DNA of 64,000 nucleotides from Candidatus Saccharimonadota bacterium. Lineage in GTDB: Bacteria; Patescibacteriota; Saccharimonadia; CAILAD01; GCA-016700035. Numbering within the stretch: position 1 is the stretch's first letter; every line of letters begins with the position of its first letter. The stretch covers positions 406,372 to 470,371 of the forward strand of contig JAXLZV010000001.1 in the NCBI GenBank assembly GCA_046350755.1, read 5' to 3'. Below are positions 1 to 9,569 of this stretch, in pieces. The notes below the pieces were generated by a model. It worked only from the letters and a program-made list of their open reading frames with translations, was not told where the DNA came from and searched no databases. The position numbers and the translations under genes were made by a program.

Positions 1-28
1 CCGGTTGTGATACTGCAGATACCGCTGT

Positions 29-733
29 TCAGGCCGCATCGATATGAACCTCCGTAAAGCCCCCTGCGTAATTCGGGAACTCCGCCAGAAACACATCGCC
101 ATGCGCCAGATTCGTGACCATCGGCCGCTGTTCAGCACAGAACGGGCAGTCCTCCATCGCGTAACTTGGCACATCGAGCTGCCAACAAGTGGTCAGTCGC
201 TGCACGTCGAGCACGTCGTGCGTAACGGCGCGCGTACGATTGACCATGCAGGCCACACCGATGACGATGCCACCAGCGGCCTGGACTGCAGCGATGGTCT
301 TCTTGGTCGAGCCTCCAGTCGTGATGACGTCCTCAATCACCAAGACTCGTCGGCCACGCACGGCTCGTTGAAAGCCAGCGCGCTCGAGCGCGAAATCATC
401 ACCGTGCTTGTCCGCCCAAACTGCACCAATGTTGGTGAAATTCGAATCGAACAAGAACTGTGCGAAACCACCGGCGAGATAGACTCCACCGATGGCTGGA
501 CCGGCGACCACCTCGGGCCGTGCCGTAGACGACACACCATGCAGCCAGTCACCCGCCCACTTCATGTAGAAGTGACGCATCCGCCAACTCTGGGCGAATA
601 GCGGATCACAGTCGATGTAGATCTCGGCGTGACGACCCGACTTGAGATGAAGGTGTGACCCCTCGATGATCGCATCGGTCGTCCGCAGCTCGTGGGCAAA
701 CTGATGTTCGTGAGTTGCGACGGTTAGTTCCAT
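29..733 (-). CDS. pyrE: orotate phosphoribosyltransferase
   Basis: PRTase motif VLVIEDVITTGGS; N-terminal GxFxLxSGxxSxxYxD-like motif; co-oriented with pyrF. Confidence 0.8.
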   Translation of the reverse strand: MELTVATHEHQFAHELRTTDAIIEGSHLHLKSGRHAEIYIDCDPLFAQSWRMRHFYMKWAGDWLHGVSSTARPEVVAGPAIGGVYLAGGFAQFLFDSNFTNIGAVWADKHGDDFALERAGFQRAVRGRRVLVIEDVITTGGSTKKTIAAVQAAGGIVIGVACMVNRTRAVTHDVLDVQRLTTCWQLDVPSYAMEDCPFCAEQRPMVTNLAHGDVFLAEFPNYAGGFTEVHIDAA

Positions 734-924
734 TGGCTAATGCCTTTCCGTTCGAATTCTTGGTCGGGATTCAGACCGGCCTCGATGCATTCTGCGTAGA
801 GCGCACCAAACAGGTCATCACGGTCGAGTTCGAGCTTGCTCAGCCCTTTCAACGTCTTGCGAGGCAATGTGCCGCGAAAGAGCTTCAGAAGCTCCTTGGC
901 GGTCAGATCGAGCGCATCAGTCAT
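724..924 (-). CDS. small acidic hypothetical protein (66 aa), paralog of the 917-1195 ORF
   Basis: Internal ATG at 922-924 of the 724-1170 ORF; shares the L-x-LF-x-TLP...LELD motif with its neighbour; ATGACTGA start/stop overlap with the upstream gene and 10-nt overlap with the pyrE start. Confidence 0.45.
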   Translation of the reverse strand: MTDALDLTAKELLKLFRGTLPRKTLKGLSKLELDRDDLFGALYAECIEAGLNPDQEFERKGISQWN

Positions 925-1195
925 GGCTTGGCTCGCGGGGGTTGAAACCCAGCCGTTCGACCCACTGGTCAACCGGCTCGAGCAAGTGCTTATCGGTGAA
1001 AATGGCTTCGGCATCGAGCCCACGACGTTCGAGCTCTTTCCAGACCTCGTTGTAGGTGGCGAGCGGATCGAGTTCGAGATCGCGCAAGCTGTCGAGGAAC
1101 GATTGGGGCAAGGTGTCGCTGAAGAGGGCGATGAGCTCATCCGTGGTCGGGAGCGCACTGCCTTCGTCATCGGCGAAGGATTTGTCCTGGGGCAT
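917..1195 (-). CDS. small acidic hypothetical protein (92 aa)
   Basis: ORF with GGAGAA RBS; paralogous motif ELIALFSDTLPQSFLDSLRDLELD; sits between pyrF and pyrE. Confidence 0.5.
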   Translation of the reverse strand: MPQDKSFADDEGSALPTTDELIALFSDTLPQSFLDSLRDLELDPLATYNEVWKELERRGLDAEAIFTDKHLLEPVDQWVERLGFNPREPSHD

Positions 1196-1294
1196 TTCTT
1201 CTCCAGTGTGTAAGGTACGGAAGACTATATTTTACAATAATTGAACATATTAAGCAATAATTATGGCCCTCAGTGTAAACCAAGGGCCAATGGA

Positions 1295-2077
1295 TCAGAC
1301 GTCGTTGCCGGGAGGGGGCGTGAAGCGTGTCTTTCGCTGAGCCATGCCAGCAATGATTTCATCAGCGATCGCGGTCACCGCCGCTTCCGACGAGCCATTG
1401 ATTGCCGGAGCATCCTCTGGTGGCTGCGTGATAGGGCGGCCGATCACCAAGTAATCCGCACCGGCCGCAATCGCCTGCATAGGCGTCATCATGCGCACTT
1501 GGTCGTTTGCCGGAGCCCATTCGGGACGCACACCAGGAGTGATATATTTCATAGCTGTGATGCGGCTGGGTACCGTGTAACGAAGCTCTGATGGCGCACA
1601 GACCAAGCGTCTGGCTCCGCCTGCCGATGCAATTGATTGCATATCGACGACTTGCTGCTCAATTGGCGAGGCATACAGCTGCGCGTATTCGTCCGACTCA
1701 GGATCGATGCTTGTCAACACTGTGACACAACAGGTTGTGGTATACCCTGCCTGCTCAGCTACTGCCTGAACACCGCGCTCAGTGGCCGACGCATGCATGG
1801 TTATCAGCCAGGGATCAAAGTTCTTCACAATCCCCCGCACACCCTTGGCAAGAGTGTTTGGAATGTCGTGCAGCTTTGCGTCGAACATGAGCTTCTTGCC
1901 GGACTCGTTGACCATCTCGGCAGCAACATCCCAGCCGAAGCTGAAGCCAGCCTCGTAGCCGATCTTGAACCCACCGACCAGTGGCGAGAGACGGTTGATG
2001 AGGTCGGCAGCTTTGAGACGCGAACTCGTGTCGATCGGCACGATGATCCGCTCGCGAGCTTCCTTCATGGTGAGCAT
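1295..2077 (-). CDS. pyrF: orotidine 5'-phosphate decarboxylase
   Basis: IVPID...DAKLHDIPNT...GRPI motifs. Confidence 0.85.
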   Translation of the reverse strand: MLTMKEARERIIVPIDTSSRLKAADLINRLSPLVGGFKIGYEAGFSFGWDVAAEMVNESGKKLMFDAKLHDIPNTLAKGVRGIVKNFDPWLITMHASATERGVQAVAEQAGYTTTCCVTVLTSIDPESDEYAQLYASPIEQQVVDMQSIASAGGARRLVCAPSELRYTVPSRITAMKYITPGVRPEWAPANDQVRMMTPMQAIAAGADYLVIGRPITQPPEDAPAINGSSEAAVTAIADEIIAGMAQRKTRFTPPPGNDV

Positions 2078-2142
2078 AATGCTCCCCTTTCAGTTGTAGG
2101 TGCTAAGGGTGATTATAAGATTAGCCGGTGATCACAACAAGC

Positions 2143-2883
2143 TTAAGCGGCCGCACGCTCGAGTACGTCATCGGGGATGTCAAAGTTTGCTACCACACTC
2201 GAAACATCATCGAGGTCATCAAGAAAACCAATTAGCTTCATGATGCTGCGCGCCTTCTGTTCGTCTTCGACATGCACGGTCTGATTTGGAACTAGTTCAA
2301 CATCAGCACTATCGACACTATCTTCGCCCAGCGCATCTTTGACTGACTCGAGATCTTTTGGCGCTGTATACACCACCAGCTGCTCACCCGAGTCATCGAT
2401 GTCGGCCGCGCCAGCTTCGATCGCCGCCAAGCTCAACTCGTCTTTATCGGCGCTCGCTTTACACAGAATCACGCCCTTCTTATCGAACATATATGCCACC
2501 GAGCCAGTTGAGCCAAGATTGCCGCCGTACTTTGAGAACGTACTCTTCACGTCAGATGCAGTGCGATTGCGATTATCGGTCAGCGCCTCGACCATAATGG
2601 CGACACCAGCCGGACCGTAGCCCTCGTATACCAGTTCCTCCAGTGCCGCGCCACCGGCTGTGCCGGCCCCGCGGGCGATCGAGCGCTCTATATTAGCAGC
2701 TGGCATGTTGGCTTGCTTAGCTTTTTGAACAGCCAGGCGAAGCCGGAAATTCATCTCCGGATCGGCGCCTTCCCGGGCCGCGAGTGCAATCTCATTACCA
2801 AGCTTGGTGAAAATTTTCCCACGCTTGGCGTCAGCCGCACCCTTCTTATGCTTAATGGAATGCCATTTACTATGTCCGCTCAT
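2143..2883 (-). CDS. YebC/PmpR family DNA-binding transcriptional regulator
   Basis: Highly conserved N-terminus MSGHSKWHSIKHKKGAADAKRGKIFTKL. Confidence 0.9.
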   Translation of the reverse strand: MSGHSKWHSIKHKKGAADAKRGKIFTKLGNEIALAAREGADPEMNFRLRLAVQKAKQANMPAANIERSIARGAGTAGGAALEELVYEGYGPAGVAIMVEALTDNRNRTASDVKSTFSKYGGNLGSTGSVAYMFDKKGVILCKASADKDELSLAAIEAGAADIDDSGEQLVVYTAPKDLESVKDALGEDSVDSADVELVPNQTVHVEDEQKARSIMKLIGFLDDLDDVSSVVANFDIPDDVLERAAA

Positions 2884-2892
2884 AGCTCTAAA

Positions 2893-4296
2893 TTATACCT
2901 TTTTAACCTGTAAAATAGAATGCCTGCGCAAGCCGACAGCGGCGAGGGCAAATAGCGCTGCGTAAAAGACCAGCATCACCGCCGTATCAACGTGCGTCAC
3001 AACCGCTGCCGTAGGAATCTTTGCCAGTATCTGAATGAGCGATAGCACCGCATCAATCGCCTGCCCGATCGGGAGAGCATACATAGGCGCCTGGGTCGGT
3101 AAGAAAATACCAAGCCCAGCAGCCATGAATGCACCCAACATAACGAGCGGAATCAGCGGTAACACAATCAGATTCGCGAGCGGCGCGATCAGTGAGAAGC
3201 TGCCAAACACATGGGCAATGAGTGGCGCCGTCATAAGATGCGCCGCCAGCGAGATCATGAACAATTCGATGAGCCAACTACCACGCAGTACACGGCGTGG
3301 AATCAAGGCTGGCGCAACAAACAATACCCCAACCAGCGCTAAGACGGAGAGTTGCCAACCTAGATCACCATACAAATAACGTGGATTCCAGGCAGTCATA
3401 ATGACTACCGTCGCGCCCAGGGCCACTCGCACATCGAGCTCCCGCCGCGTCCGAGCTACGAGTAAAATCAAGCCCGACATGACAGCAGCCCGGACAACCG
3501 AAGCAGTGGCTCCTGTCATCAGAACAAACAAACCGATCGCTGATAGCGCGACCATAGTTGCGAGTCGGCTACGTCGCCGCCAAAAAACCGCACATAGGGC
3601 CACTACCACGGTGAGATTATAGCCAGACACGGCCAGAATGTGCGTCAGACCCGCTACCTGAGTCGCAGTCTGAATGTCCGATGGTAATTGGCTGCGTCCG
3701 CCAAACAGCACGCCACTCGCAAAGGCCGCTGTCTCTGGGGTTAGTGCTACATCTAATCCTTGCTGCATAAGCTGCTTGACGCGAATCGGGTACGGCTGTA
3801 CCGGATCAACCACCTTCACGCTAGCATACCAGATCTGTGATTGAGCCCGGCCCAGCGCTCGACCAACCTTCCCTTCGGCCTGCACTAACTGACCTTCACG
3901 GGGGCTACCAACCATTGATTTGATCTTGAGCATACCGTCGACTGGTCGACCGTCAAGCTCGACATCATCAAGGTAGAATTCATAGAGTCGATCACTATTC
4001 CAGACTGGCTCTGCCGCCACTCTACCTACCGCCACTACCTTTGCACCATGAAAATCGCGCGTACTAAGAGCCTGCTGTGACCGAAAATACAGCTCACCGC
4101 GCCACAAACCCGCCATTAGCGCCAAGGCCAGAATTACCAGATAACCGAGTCGAGAACGAACTCGCCACAGGGCTGCCCCGGCTATTACTATAACCGCCCA
4201 GTACCACCACTCAACCTGCAGATAATATTGGGTCGCTAGACTCAACCCAACCAACCAGCCAATGACGGCGCCGACTATGAGCAGTGTTCGCTTCAT
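2893..4296 (-). CDS. ComEC/Rec2-like competence membrane protein (DUF4131 + competence domain, no metallo-beta-lactamase domain)
   Basis: Polytopic; motifs THILAVSGYNLTVV and ASVVRAAVMSGLILLV typical of the ComEC competence domain. Confidence 0.7.
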   Translation of the reverse strand: MKRTLLIVGAVIGWLVGLSLATQYYLQVEWWYWAVIVIAGAALWRVRSRLGYLVILALALMAGLWRGELYFRSQQALSTRDFHGAKVVAVGRVAAEPVWNSDRLYEFYLDDVELDGRPVDGMLKIKSMVGSPREGQLVQAEGKVGRALGRAQSQIWYASVKVVDPVQPYPIRVKQLMQQGLDVALTPETAAFASGVLFGGRSQLPSDIQTATQVAGLTHILAVSGYNLTVVVALCAVFWRRRSRLATMVALSAIGLFVLMTGATASVVRAAVMSGLILLVARTRRELDVRVALGATVVIMTAWNPRYLYGDLGWQLSVLALVGVLFVAPALIPRRVLRGSWLIELFMISLAAHLMTAPLIAHVFGSFSLIAPLANLIVLPLIPLVMLGAFMAAGLGIFLPTQAPMYALPIGQAIDAVLSLIQILAKIPTAAVVTHVDTAVMLVFYAALFALAAVGLRRHSILQVKKV

Positions 4297-4346
4297 TTCC
4301 GGCTATCGTATCGCAAGCCACGAGCCGAAGCCAAGCTTGAAGCGCT

Positions 4347-4523
4347 TTAGGAGCTAGCGGTGAGAGCTTTTAGCATTTGTGGGATCGACTCTAGCGGATT
4401 ATTGCCCACCTCAACACCCAATAATTTCAGAATCAACCAAGCAATCAATATGAGCCAAGCACCAAGGGCTATGATAGTCAGTGGCCAAAAAATCCACGGT
4501 GGAATTCGGCGATAAGGATGCAT
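4347..4523 (-). CDS. small hydrophobic protein (58 aa, below the ORF-track cutoff)
   Basis: Manual translation MHPYRRIPPWIFWPLTIIALGAWLILIAWLILKLLG...; one TM helix; upstream of comEC. Confidence 0.25.
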   Translation of the reverse strand: MHPYRRIPPWIFWPLTIIALGAWLILIAWLILKLLGVEVGNNPLESIPQMLKALTASS

Positions 4524-4786
4524 ATCATCTCTATTCTAACATGAGCGTGTTCAAGCCGGCCGCCTGCTCGGTCATCAGATTGACTTCTAGATGTTTTTCA
4601 GGTTAAATAAGACAGTTCTCTTGCCTCTCTGCGATACAAAAATCCGCCAGCCAAGCGCCTGATATATGGTCAATTACCGCAAGCGGCGAACCATACGAAG
4701 TTGTACGTAGTTTTTACACAGAGAACCCTGCATAATGATAAGAGCTTTTACCTATAAAAGCGGCTGTCATCACGCAGCGAGAACGC

Positions 4787-4860
4787 GGGCCCATAGCTCA
4801 GTTGGTTAGAGCGACAGCCTTTTAAGCTGTGCGTCCTGGGTTCGAATCCCAGTGGGCCCT
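4787..4860 (+). tRNA. tRNA-Lys (anticodon UUU)
   Basis: Cloverleaf GGGCCCA/UGGGCCC acceptor, anticodon stem ACAGC/GCUGU, loop CUUUUAA, T-loop GGTTCGAATCC, encoded CCA at 4861-4863. Confidence 0.9.
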
Positions 4861-5016
4861 CCATCGAAACAGTCGATCCTCGCGGTCGGCTTTTTCGATG
4901 GAGTAAACTCAGCTCGCCTAGCGATCAACTGATAGGCCGCCTTTCACGAACGAGATTGACAGTGCTTACGGCTCAGACTATCATCCGCTTAGTACCTTTA
5001 CGAAAGATGAGGCGCC

Positions 5017-5247
5017 ATGAGCCTGCTGCTTGACTATGCACAGATCCCCGGCCTTCGCTGCGGGCTGTGTGGGGGAGATGAATTCCGTATCAAAGCTTCG
5101 CCAGCAACCAACACGATAGTAGTGCACTGCCGCTGTGGTGGCCGCAAGCCAATGCCGCGCAACACCCAGATAATCCAGGCTGTACTCGAGCCGCTCGACC
5201 AACCCAAATCATGCCAAGCCCCAACTCAGCCACTCCAGCCTTCATAA
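5017..5247 (+). CDS. small zinc-ribbon-like protein (two CxxC/CxC pairs)
   Basis: GAGG RBS 5 nt upstream of ATG; CGLCGG...HCRCGG; no homology recognised. Confidence 0.3.
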   Translation: MSLLLDYAQIPGLRCGLCGGDEFRIKASPATNTIVVHCRCGGRKPMPRNTQIIQAVLEPLDQPKSCQAPTQPLQPS

Positions 5248-5336
5248 TGCACGTTTCCCCGCTTTCATCACCGAAGGCGGGTTTTTACGTAGAAAAATAC
5301 CCCGCAGCCAATGGCCGCGGGGCGCTAGTTTCATAG

Positions 5337-6656
5337 CTAGTGGAGGGCTGGGATGAGACCAGCTTGCGTCAGCACACGAACCTCTTCGTCGTCGGCCGGG
5401 TTGAACTTGCCAGCCGTGAAGTACTGCACGCGCTCTGGGTTACGCTCCATGAGCGCCCAGATATTCAGATTGCCAGCGGCGTAGATCAAATCTTTGCCGT
5501 AGTACACGCCGGGCGTCTGACAATCGGTGCCGCGAAAGACTCGATTGGTACGAATCCAGGCTCGCTCCTCAGGCGTCTCCAGCGATCGATCAGCCGGCAT
5601 CCTCTCCTCATCGATGAGCCGGTAGTATATCACCATGCACTCATAAATGGTTCGAAAATCACGTGGTCGACCGTCGATCAAACCGGCCGCCAAACTGGTC
5701 GCCAAGTAGGCTTCTTCACCACGGTGAAAACGAGCCTCGCCCGTGACGGCTTGCTCGGTTACCGTCGTGACACCCTCCTCGGCCCAGCGATTGCTGGCTG
5801 TGCCACTCGAGCTCAAAAGGAAATAACCGGTCTGCTCTCCCCGGTATCGCCGCTCCGCATGCAGGCGCTCATGCACCAGCGAGCTAAGAGCGGTTTTTGC
5901 CGGAACGACACGATCAGCCGGGATGAAGATGCGGCGCTTGATGCCACTCATCGACATCCGTGCCTGCTTCGTGGTAATCTCTGGCGCCCATCCTTCCAGC
6001 CCGGCGGACTTAAAGGAGCGCTCAAGTAGCCACGCGAAGTACTGTGCGTCCCAGTAGCCCTTCGTGCGAACGCGGGTCGGGATCTTCATCTGGTCTTTCA
6101 GTGCCAGCAGCGCGTCTCGCGAGCGCTCGATGAGATGATGCGAGGGCAGCATTGATGTGCCGTCGTGTTCGGGGAGGATCTCCAGCAGCAGCTCGGTCGA
6201 ACCATACGGATCGGCTTGCAGTCGACGGTACAGGCTCGTCAAGATGCTCTGGAAGATATCCTCGCTGGGCTCGAAGCGCAGGTCGCGATTAGCAGCAGCA
6301 AAGGCTGTCATGTCACGACTCTGAGCGGCTCGAGCCAGACGTAGCAAGGCACGGCGCCGTTCCAGCGACTCGCCGAATAGCCGGCTTAACGGTGAAGTAT
6401 CCAGCTCCTCAACTAACTGAGAATCTGTTTCGATCGCCCGCTCGAGGCGATCAAGCACCGGGCCCAGCCGCTTGCCCTTCAGGGCTTGGTAGGTATACCT
6501 CGGATTACGTACTTCACCAGCCATGAACTGGCGCTTTTGTTCGGCAGCTTCTGCCGGATCAGGACGGAACAACTTGATGGTGTCGATCGCAGCAGCCTCG
6601 GAGACCGCGGCGAATACTTGGTCTTTCCAAGCAGTGGCCATGACGGCCCCTCTCAC
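5337..6656 (-). CDS. HExxH-motif putative zinc metallopeptidase, RimK-associated (DUF1704/MATCAP-like by context)
   Basis: LVHERLHAERRY HExxH motif; 439 aa; immediately downstream of rimK on the same strand. Confidence 0.6.
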   Translation of the reverse strand: MRGAVMATAWKDQVFAAVSEAAAIDTIKLFRPDPAEAAEQKRQFMAGEVRNPRYTYQALKGKRLGPVLDRLERAIETDSQLVEELDTSPLSRLFGESLERRRALLRLARAAQSRDMTAFAAANRDLRFEPSEDIFQSILTSLYRRLQADPYGSTELLLEILPEHDGTSMLPSHHLIERSRDALLALKDQMKIPTRVRTKGYWDAQYFAWLLERSFKSAGLEGWAPEITTKQARMSMSGIKRRIFIPADRVVPAKTALSSLVHERLHAERRYRGEQTGYFLLSSSGTASNRWAEEGVTTVTEQAVTGEARFHRGEEAYLATSLAAGLIDGRPRDFRTIYECMVIYYRLIDEERMPADRSLETPEERAWIRTNRVFRGTDCQTPGVYYGKDLIYAAGNLNIWALMERNPERVQYFTAGKFNPADDEEVRVLTQAGLIPALH

Positions 6657-6712
6657 TAGTAGGTACGAAAACGCTATTTTACTATTTTTTTAGATAATAG
6701 TCAATATAAAAA

Positions 6713-7618
6713 CTAGGCGCCGATCTTGTCTCGACGGCGTTTGCCCTGTGCACGCTCAACGACAAAATCAATCATCTTGCCAGCAATATCTTCCTTAGTC
6801 TGCTTTTCGATACCCTCGAGTCCCGGCGAACTATTGACCTCGAGCACCAATGGCCCACGCTTCGAACGAATCAGATCAACCCCAGCGATCGACAGACCGA
6901 GTGTCGAGGCCGCCTTGAGAGCCATGTTCTGCTCTTTCTTTGACAGTTCAACGGGCACTGATTCCCCGCCGCGATGTAGGTTTGAGCGAAATTCACCCTC
7001 TTGCCCTTTACGCATCATCGCGCCAACAATCTTGTCGCCAACTACGATAACACGGATATCAGCCCCATCAGCCTCTTCTATAAACTCCTGCAGAATAACT
7101 GAGGCATTGATTGAATTAAAAGCTTCAATGACCGACTTAGCGGCTTTCTTAGTTTCGGCCAGCACTACGCCCTTGCCCTGCGTACTTTCGAGCAACTTTA
7201 CAATCACTGGAGCGCCGCCAACGAGTTCGAGTGTTTCGGCAGCCTCGGCGGTCTGTGAAGCAAAGACCGTCTTTGGGATGCCAACGCCAGCTCGAGCCAA
7301 CAGCTGCATCGAACGCAGCTTGTCACGCGACCGCACTAGGGCTAAGGAACTGGTGGCAGTGTAAGCTCGCATCATTTCAAACTGACGCAAAACCGCCGCA
7401 CCGTAGAGGGTGTAACGTGCGGCAATCCGCGGAATCACCGCCTGCACATCATCGACCGAGCGACCTTCCCAGTGTACTGATGGGTTGCGACTCTCGATCG
7501 CCATGTAGGCCTTCGTGTAGTCAACTACGACTGGTGCGTGCCCACGCTGTTTGGCAGCTTCGACCAAGCGCTGCGTGGAGTAGTTTTTGCGACCGGCTGA
7601 GAGAATGACTATTTTCAT
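6713..7618 (-). CDS. rimK: ribosomal protein S6 glutamate ligase-type ATP-grasp enzyme
   Basis: Full-length RimK-like ATP-grasp (MKIVILSAGRKNYSTQRL...EVNSSPGLEGIE). Confidence 0.9.
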   Translation of the reverse strand: MKIVILSAGRKNYSTQRLVEAAKQRGHAPVVVDYTKAYMAIESRNPSVHWEGRSVDDVQAVIPRIAARYTLYGAAVLRQFEMMRAYTATSSLALVRSRDKLRSMQLLARAGVGIPKTVFASQTAEAAETLELVGGAPVIVKLLESTQGKGVVLAETKKAAKSVIEAFNSINASVILQEFIEEADGADIRVIVVGDKIVGAMMRKGQEGEFRSNLHRGGESVPVELSKKEQNMALKAASTLGLSIAGVDLIRSKRGPLVLEVNSSPGLEGIEKQTKEDIAGKMIDFVVERAQGKRRRDKIGA

Positions 7619-7641
7619 ACTAGTATCTTACCTTATTTGAG

Positions 7642-8061
7642 TTAGTTAGCGACGTCAACAACAAAGCGATGACGCAAGAAGCGTCGGCCCAACAGGATCG
7701 GTGCTCGCATCTGGCTACGATCAGCAAGCGTGAATTCGGCTTCAAATATTTCGTCAGATTCGGCTACCCGCACTCGAGTCTTGATGACATAGCGAGTTTG
7801 CGATACACCAAAAGAATTGATCACGCGTGTCTTCGAAAAATCCTTCAGTGTAATCAGTTTAGCGGTATATTGTGCATGATCAGGATCTAATACATGGAAA
7901 GACAGATACTTTTTCTTGCCGACCGTGATCACCTCGACATTACTGCAATGCAGTGCGTTTTTGTAGGCGCCAGTATCGACTTTCGAGACAACATCAGTCA
8001 AGCCAAAATCAATCAAGTCAATGGTAGTTTTACGGCCCAGGATAGCTTTCTTATGGATCAT
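7642..8061 (-). CDS. RimK-associated retropepsin-like aspartic protease (RimB/COG4067-like)
   Basis: Aspartic protease motif VDTGA; start taken at MIHKK with GAGAGG RBS (the ORF-track start at 8163 would overlap murF by 60 nt). Confidence 0.7.
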   Translation of the reverse strand: MIHKKAILGRKTTIDLIDFGLTDVVSKVDTGAYKNALHCSNVEVITVGKKKYLSFHVLDPDHAQYTAKLITLKDFSKTRVINSFGVSQTRYVIKTRVRVAESDEIFEAEFTLADRSQMRAPILLGRRFLRHRFVVDVAN

Positions 8062-8102
8062 CGGCAAACCTCTCGTGATCAGTGTATCATTTTGCGCCGG
8101 CT

Positions 8103-9440
8103 TCACGAGGAAATCTCCTGCTGTATGGTCTCGGCGAAAAAGCCTTGCTTGCGGCGCTTCCATGAGCCATTTTGACGGATCAATATTTTATCAGCTTCGT
8201 TCGGTTGGTCCATGACGTATTTTATGGCTTCCTCGGTAAAAACACCATCTTGTGAGCCCTTAAAGAGAATGGTAGCGCCTGGCTCTACGATTGCTCGCAA
8301 GCAGGCACCCGCCTGATTCGCCCGTGCAAAGACATGTACGTGCTGTGCATCAAGACCAGCTCGAATCGCAGCCGGTGCCAGATATTTGCCCGCGGTGTCG
8401 CCAATCACCACCAGCTCATCAACCACCTCAGCCGCACGCTGACCAATCTTTTCATGGGCTGCCTGCGTAGTATCACTCAGTTCATTCATGCTGCCGAGAA
8501 CGGCGATTTTTTTCCCAGTATAGCCATTGAGCGTCTTGAGGGCTGCCAACACTGAAATTGGTGAGGCGTTAAAGGTATCATCCAAAAGCACGGTGCCCTG
8601 GCGCCCAACAACTGGATTCATCCGTCCGCGGACTGGCTCAATCATCGGTACCGCCGCTGCAATCTCGTCCAGGCTCCATCCCAGCTTATGCGCAACTGCG
8701 GCTGCTGCTGCGACCGCATAGAGCGCCTGGGTAGCCACCATATTCGTCTGAATCTTAGCCGATTTTTTATCGATGACCAAGTTGCCCGCCAACTTACCAT
8801 CTGGCTGCGTGGTAATATTACGAATCGATACCACACCATGCTGAATGCCATACGTCTTAGCTTGTGCAGCGTTCGTCTGCTTGGCGAGGTCAGGAAAATC
8901 GGCGTTATAGATTATCTGCTGACACATACTTGCCAGCTTCCAGACGGCGGCCACCAACCGGTCATAGCTGTGAAAATAACTCAAATGAGCTGGTGATACG
9001 CCAGAAATTACGCCAATATCTGGCTGCAGCTCCTTGATATAGGCGCCTAATGAGGCGTGGCGGCTCTCGGCCATTTCGAGCACCACCACATCAAACGGGA
9101 AATCCTTGGTACGGCGATGCACCGACCAGAGAACGGGCACCCAACGCACCAGCCAGCGATTATACTTCGGAAATGGTAGTCCAAAAAAGTTCAGCCGAAT
9201 TGTCCGATCAGAATTATGATTTTGATCTTCTATGTAGAGCCGATAGCGGGTCGCCAGCAGCTGGGCGATAGCAACTTTGGCTGATGTCTTACCAATCGAA
9301 CCGGTGACGGCGATAATTTTTGGCCGATGCCGAGCCAGCACCTGACGCATAGAGCGATCCAATAGCTGTGAGATCAGATTGATCTTGGCGCGACGATAGC
9401 GAAATAATAGGTTGCGCTTCGGCATAACCACCTCCAACAA
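8103..9440 (-). CDS. murF: UDP-N-acetylmuramoyl-tripeptide--D-alanyl-D-alanine ligase (Mur ligase family)
   Basis: P-loop IIAVTGSIGKTS; C-terminal LLDDTFNASP...VLGSMNELS...KGSQDG matches MurF; N-terminal domain short. Confidence 0.75.
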   Translation of the reverse strand: MLEVVMPKRNLLFRYRRAKINLISQLLDRSMRQVLARHRPKIIAVTGSIGKTSAKVAIAQLLATRYRLYIEDQNHNSDRTIRLNFFGLPFPKYNRWLVRWVPVLWSVHRRTKDFPFDVVVLEMAESRHASLGAYIKELQPDIGVISGVSPAHLSYFHSYDRLVAAVWKLASMCQQIIYNADFPDLAKQTNAAQAKTYGIQHGVVSIRNITTQPDGKLAGNLVIDKKSAKIQTNMVATQALYAVAAAAAVAHKLGWSLDEIAAAVPMIEPVRGRMNPVVGRQGTVLLDDTFNASPISVLAALKTLNGYTGKKIAVLGSMNELSDTTQAAHEKIGQRAAEVVDELVVIGDTAGKYLAPAAIRAGLDAQHVHVFARANQAGACLRAIVEPGATILFKGSQDGVFTEEAIKYVMDQPNEADKILIRQNGSWKRRKQGFFAETIQQEISS

Positions 9441-9569
9441 TTAATAGTATGTTCGAACAAAAAATGACCACCCGCAACTGGTTACATCGTGATCATTTCC
9501 GCCTCGTGTAAACTACCCTCATTCTACGATATTTTGGCGATTTTGTCTAGTCCTAACAGGTCTACAAGC

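Noticed and set aside
44-601. 185-aa plus-strand ORF
   Set aside because: Lies fully antisense inside pyrE; no RBS; low-complexity translation.
3035-3622. Plus-strand ORFs (114 aa, 73 aa) inside comEC
   Set aside because: Antisense to a well-supported membrane-protein gene; Ser/Thr/Arg-rich translations typical of wrong-frame reads.
8062-8163. Longer start for the retropepsin-like gene, overlapping murF by 60 nt
   Set aside because: No RBS at 8163, whereas the ATG at 8061 has a GAGAGG RBS and removes the overlap.
8103-9440. Mur-ligase gene as part of a split cyanophycin/poly-Glu synthetase together with rimK
   Set aside because: The C-terminal domain motifs (DDTFNASP, VLGSMNELS, KGSQDG) fit MurF specifically. 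Adjacency to rimK is more parsimoniously coincidental.
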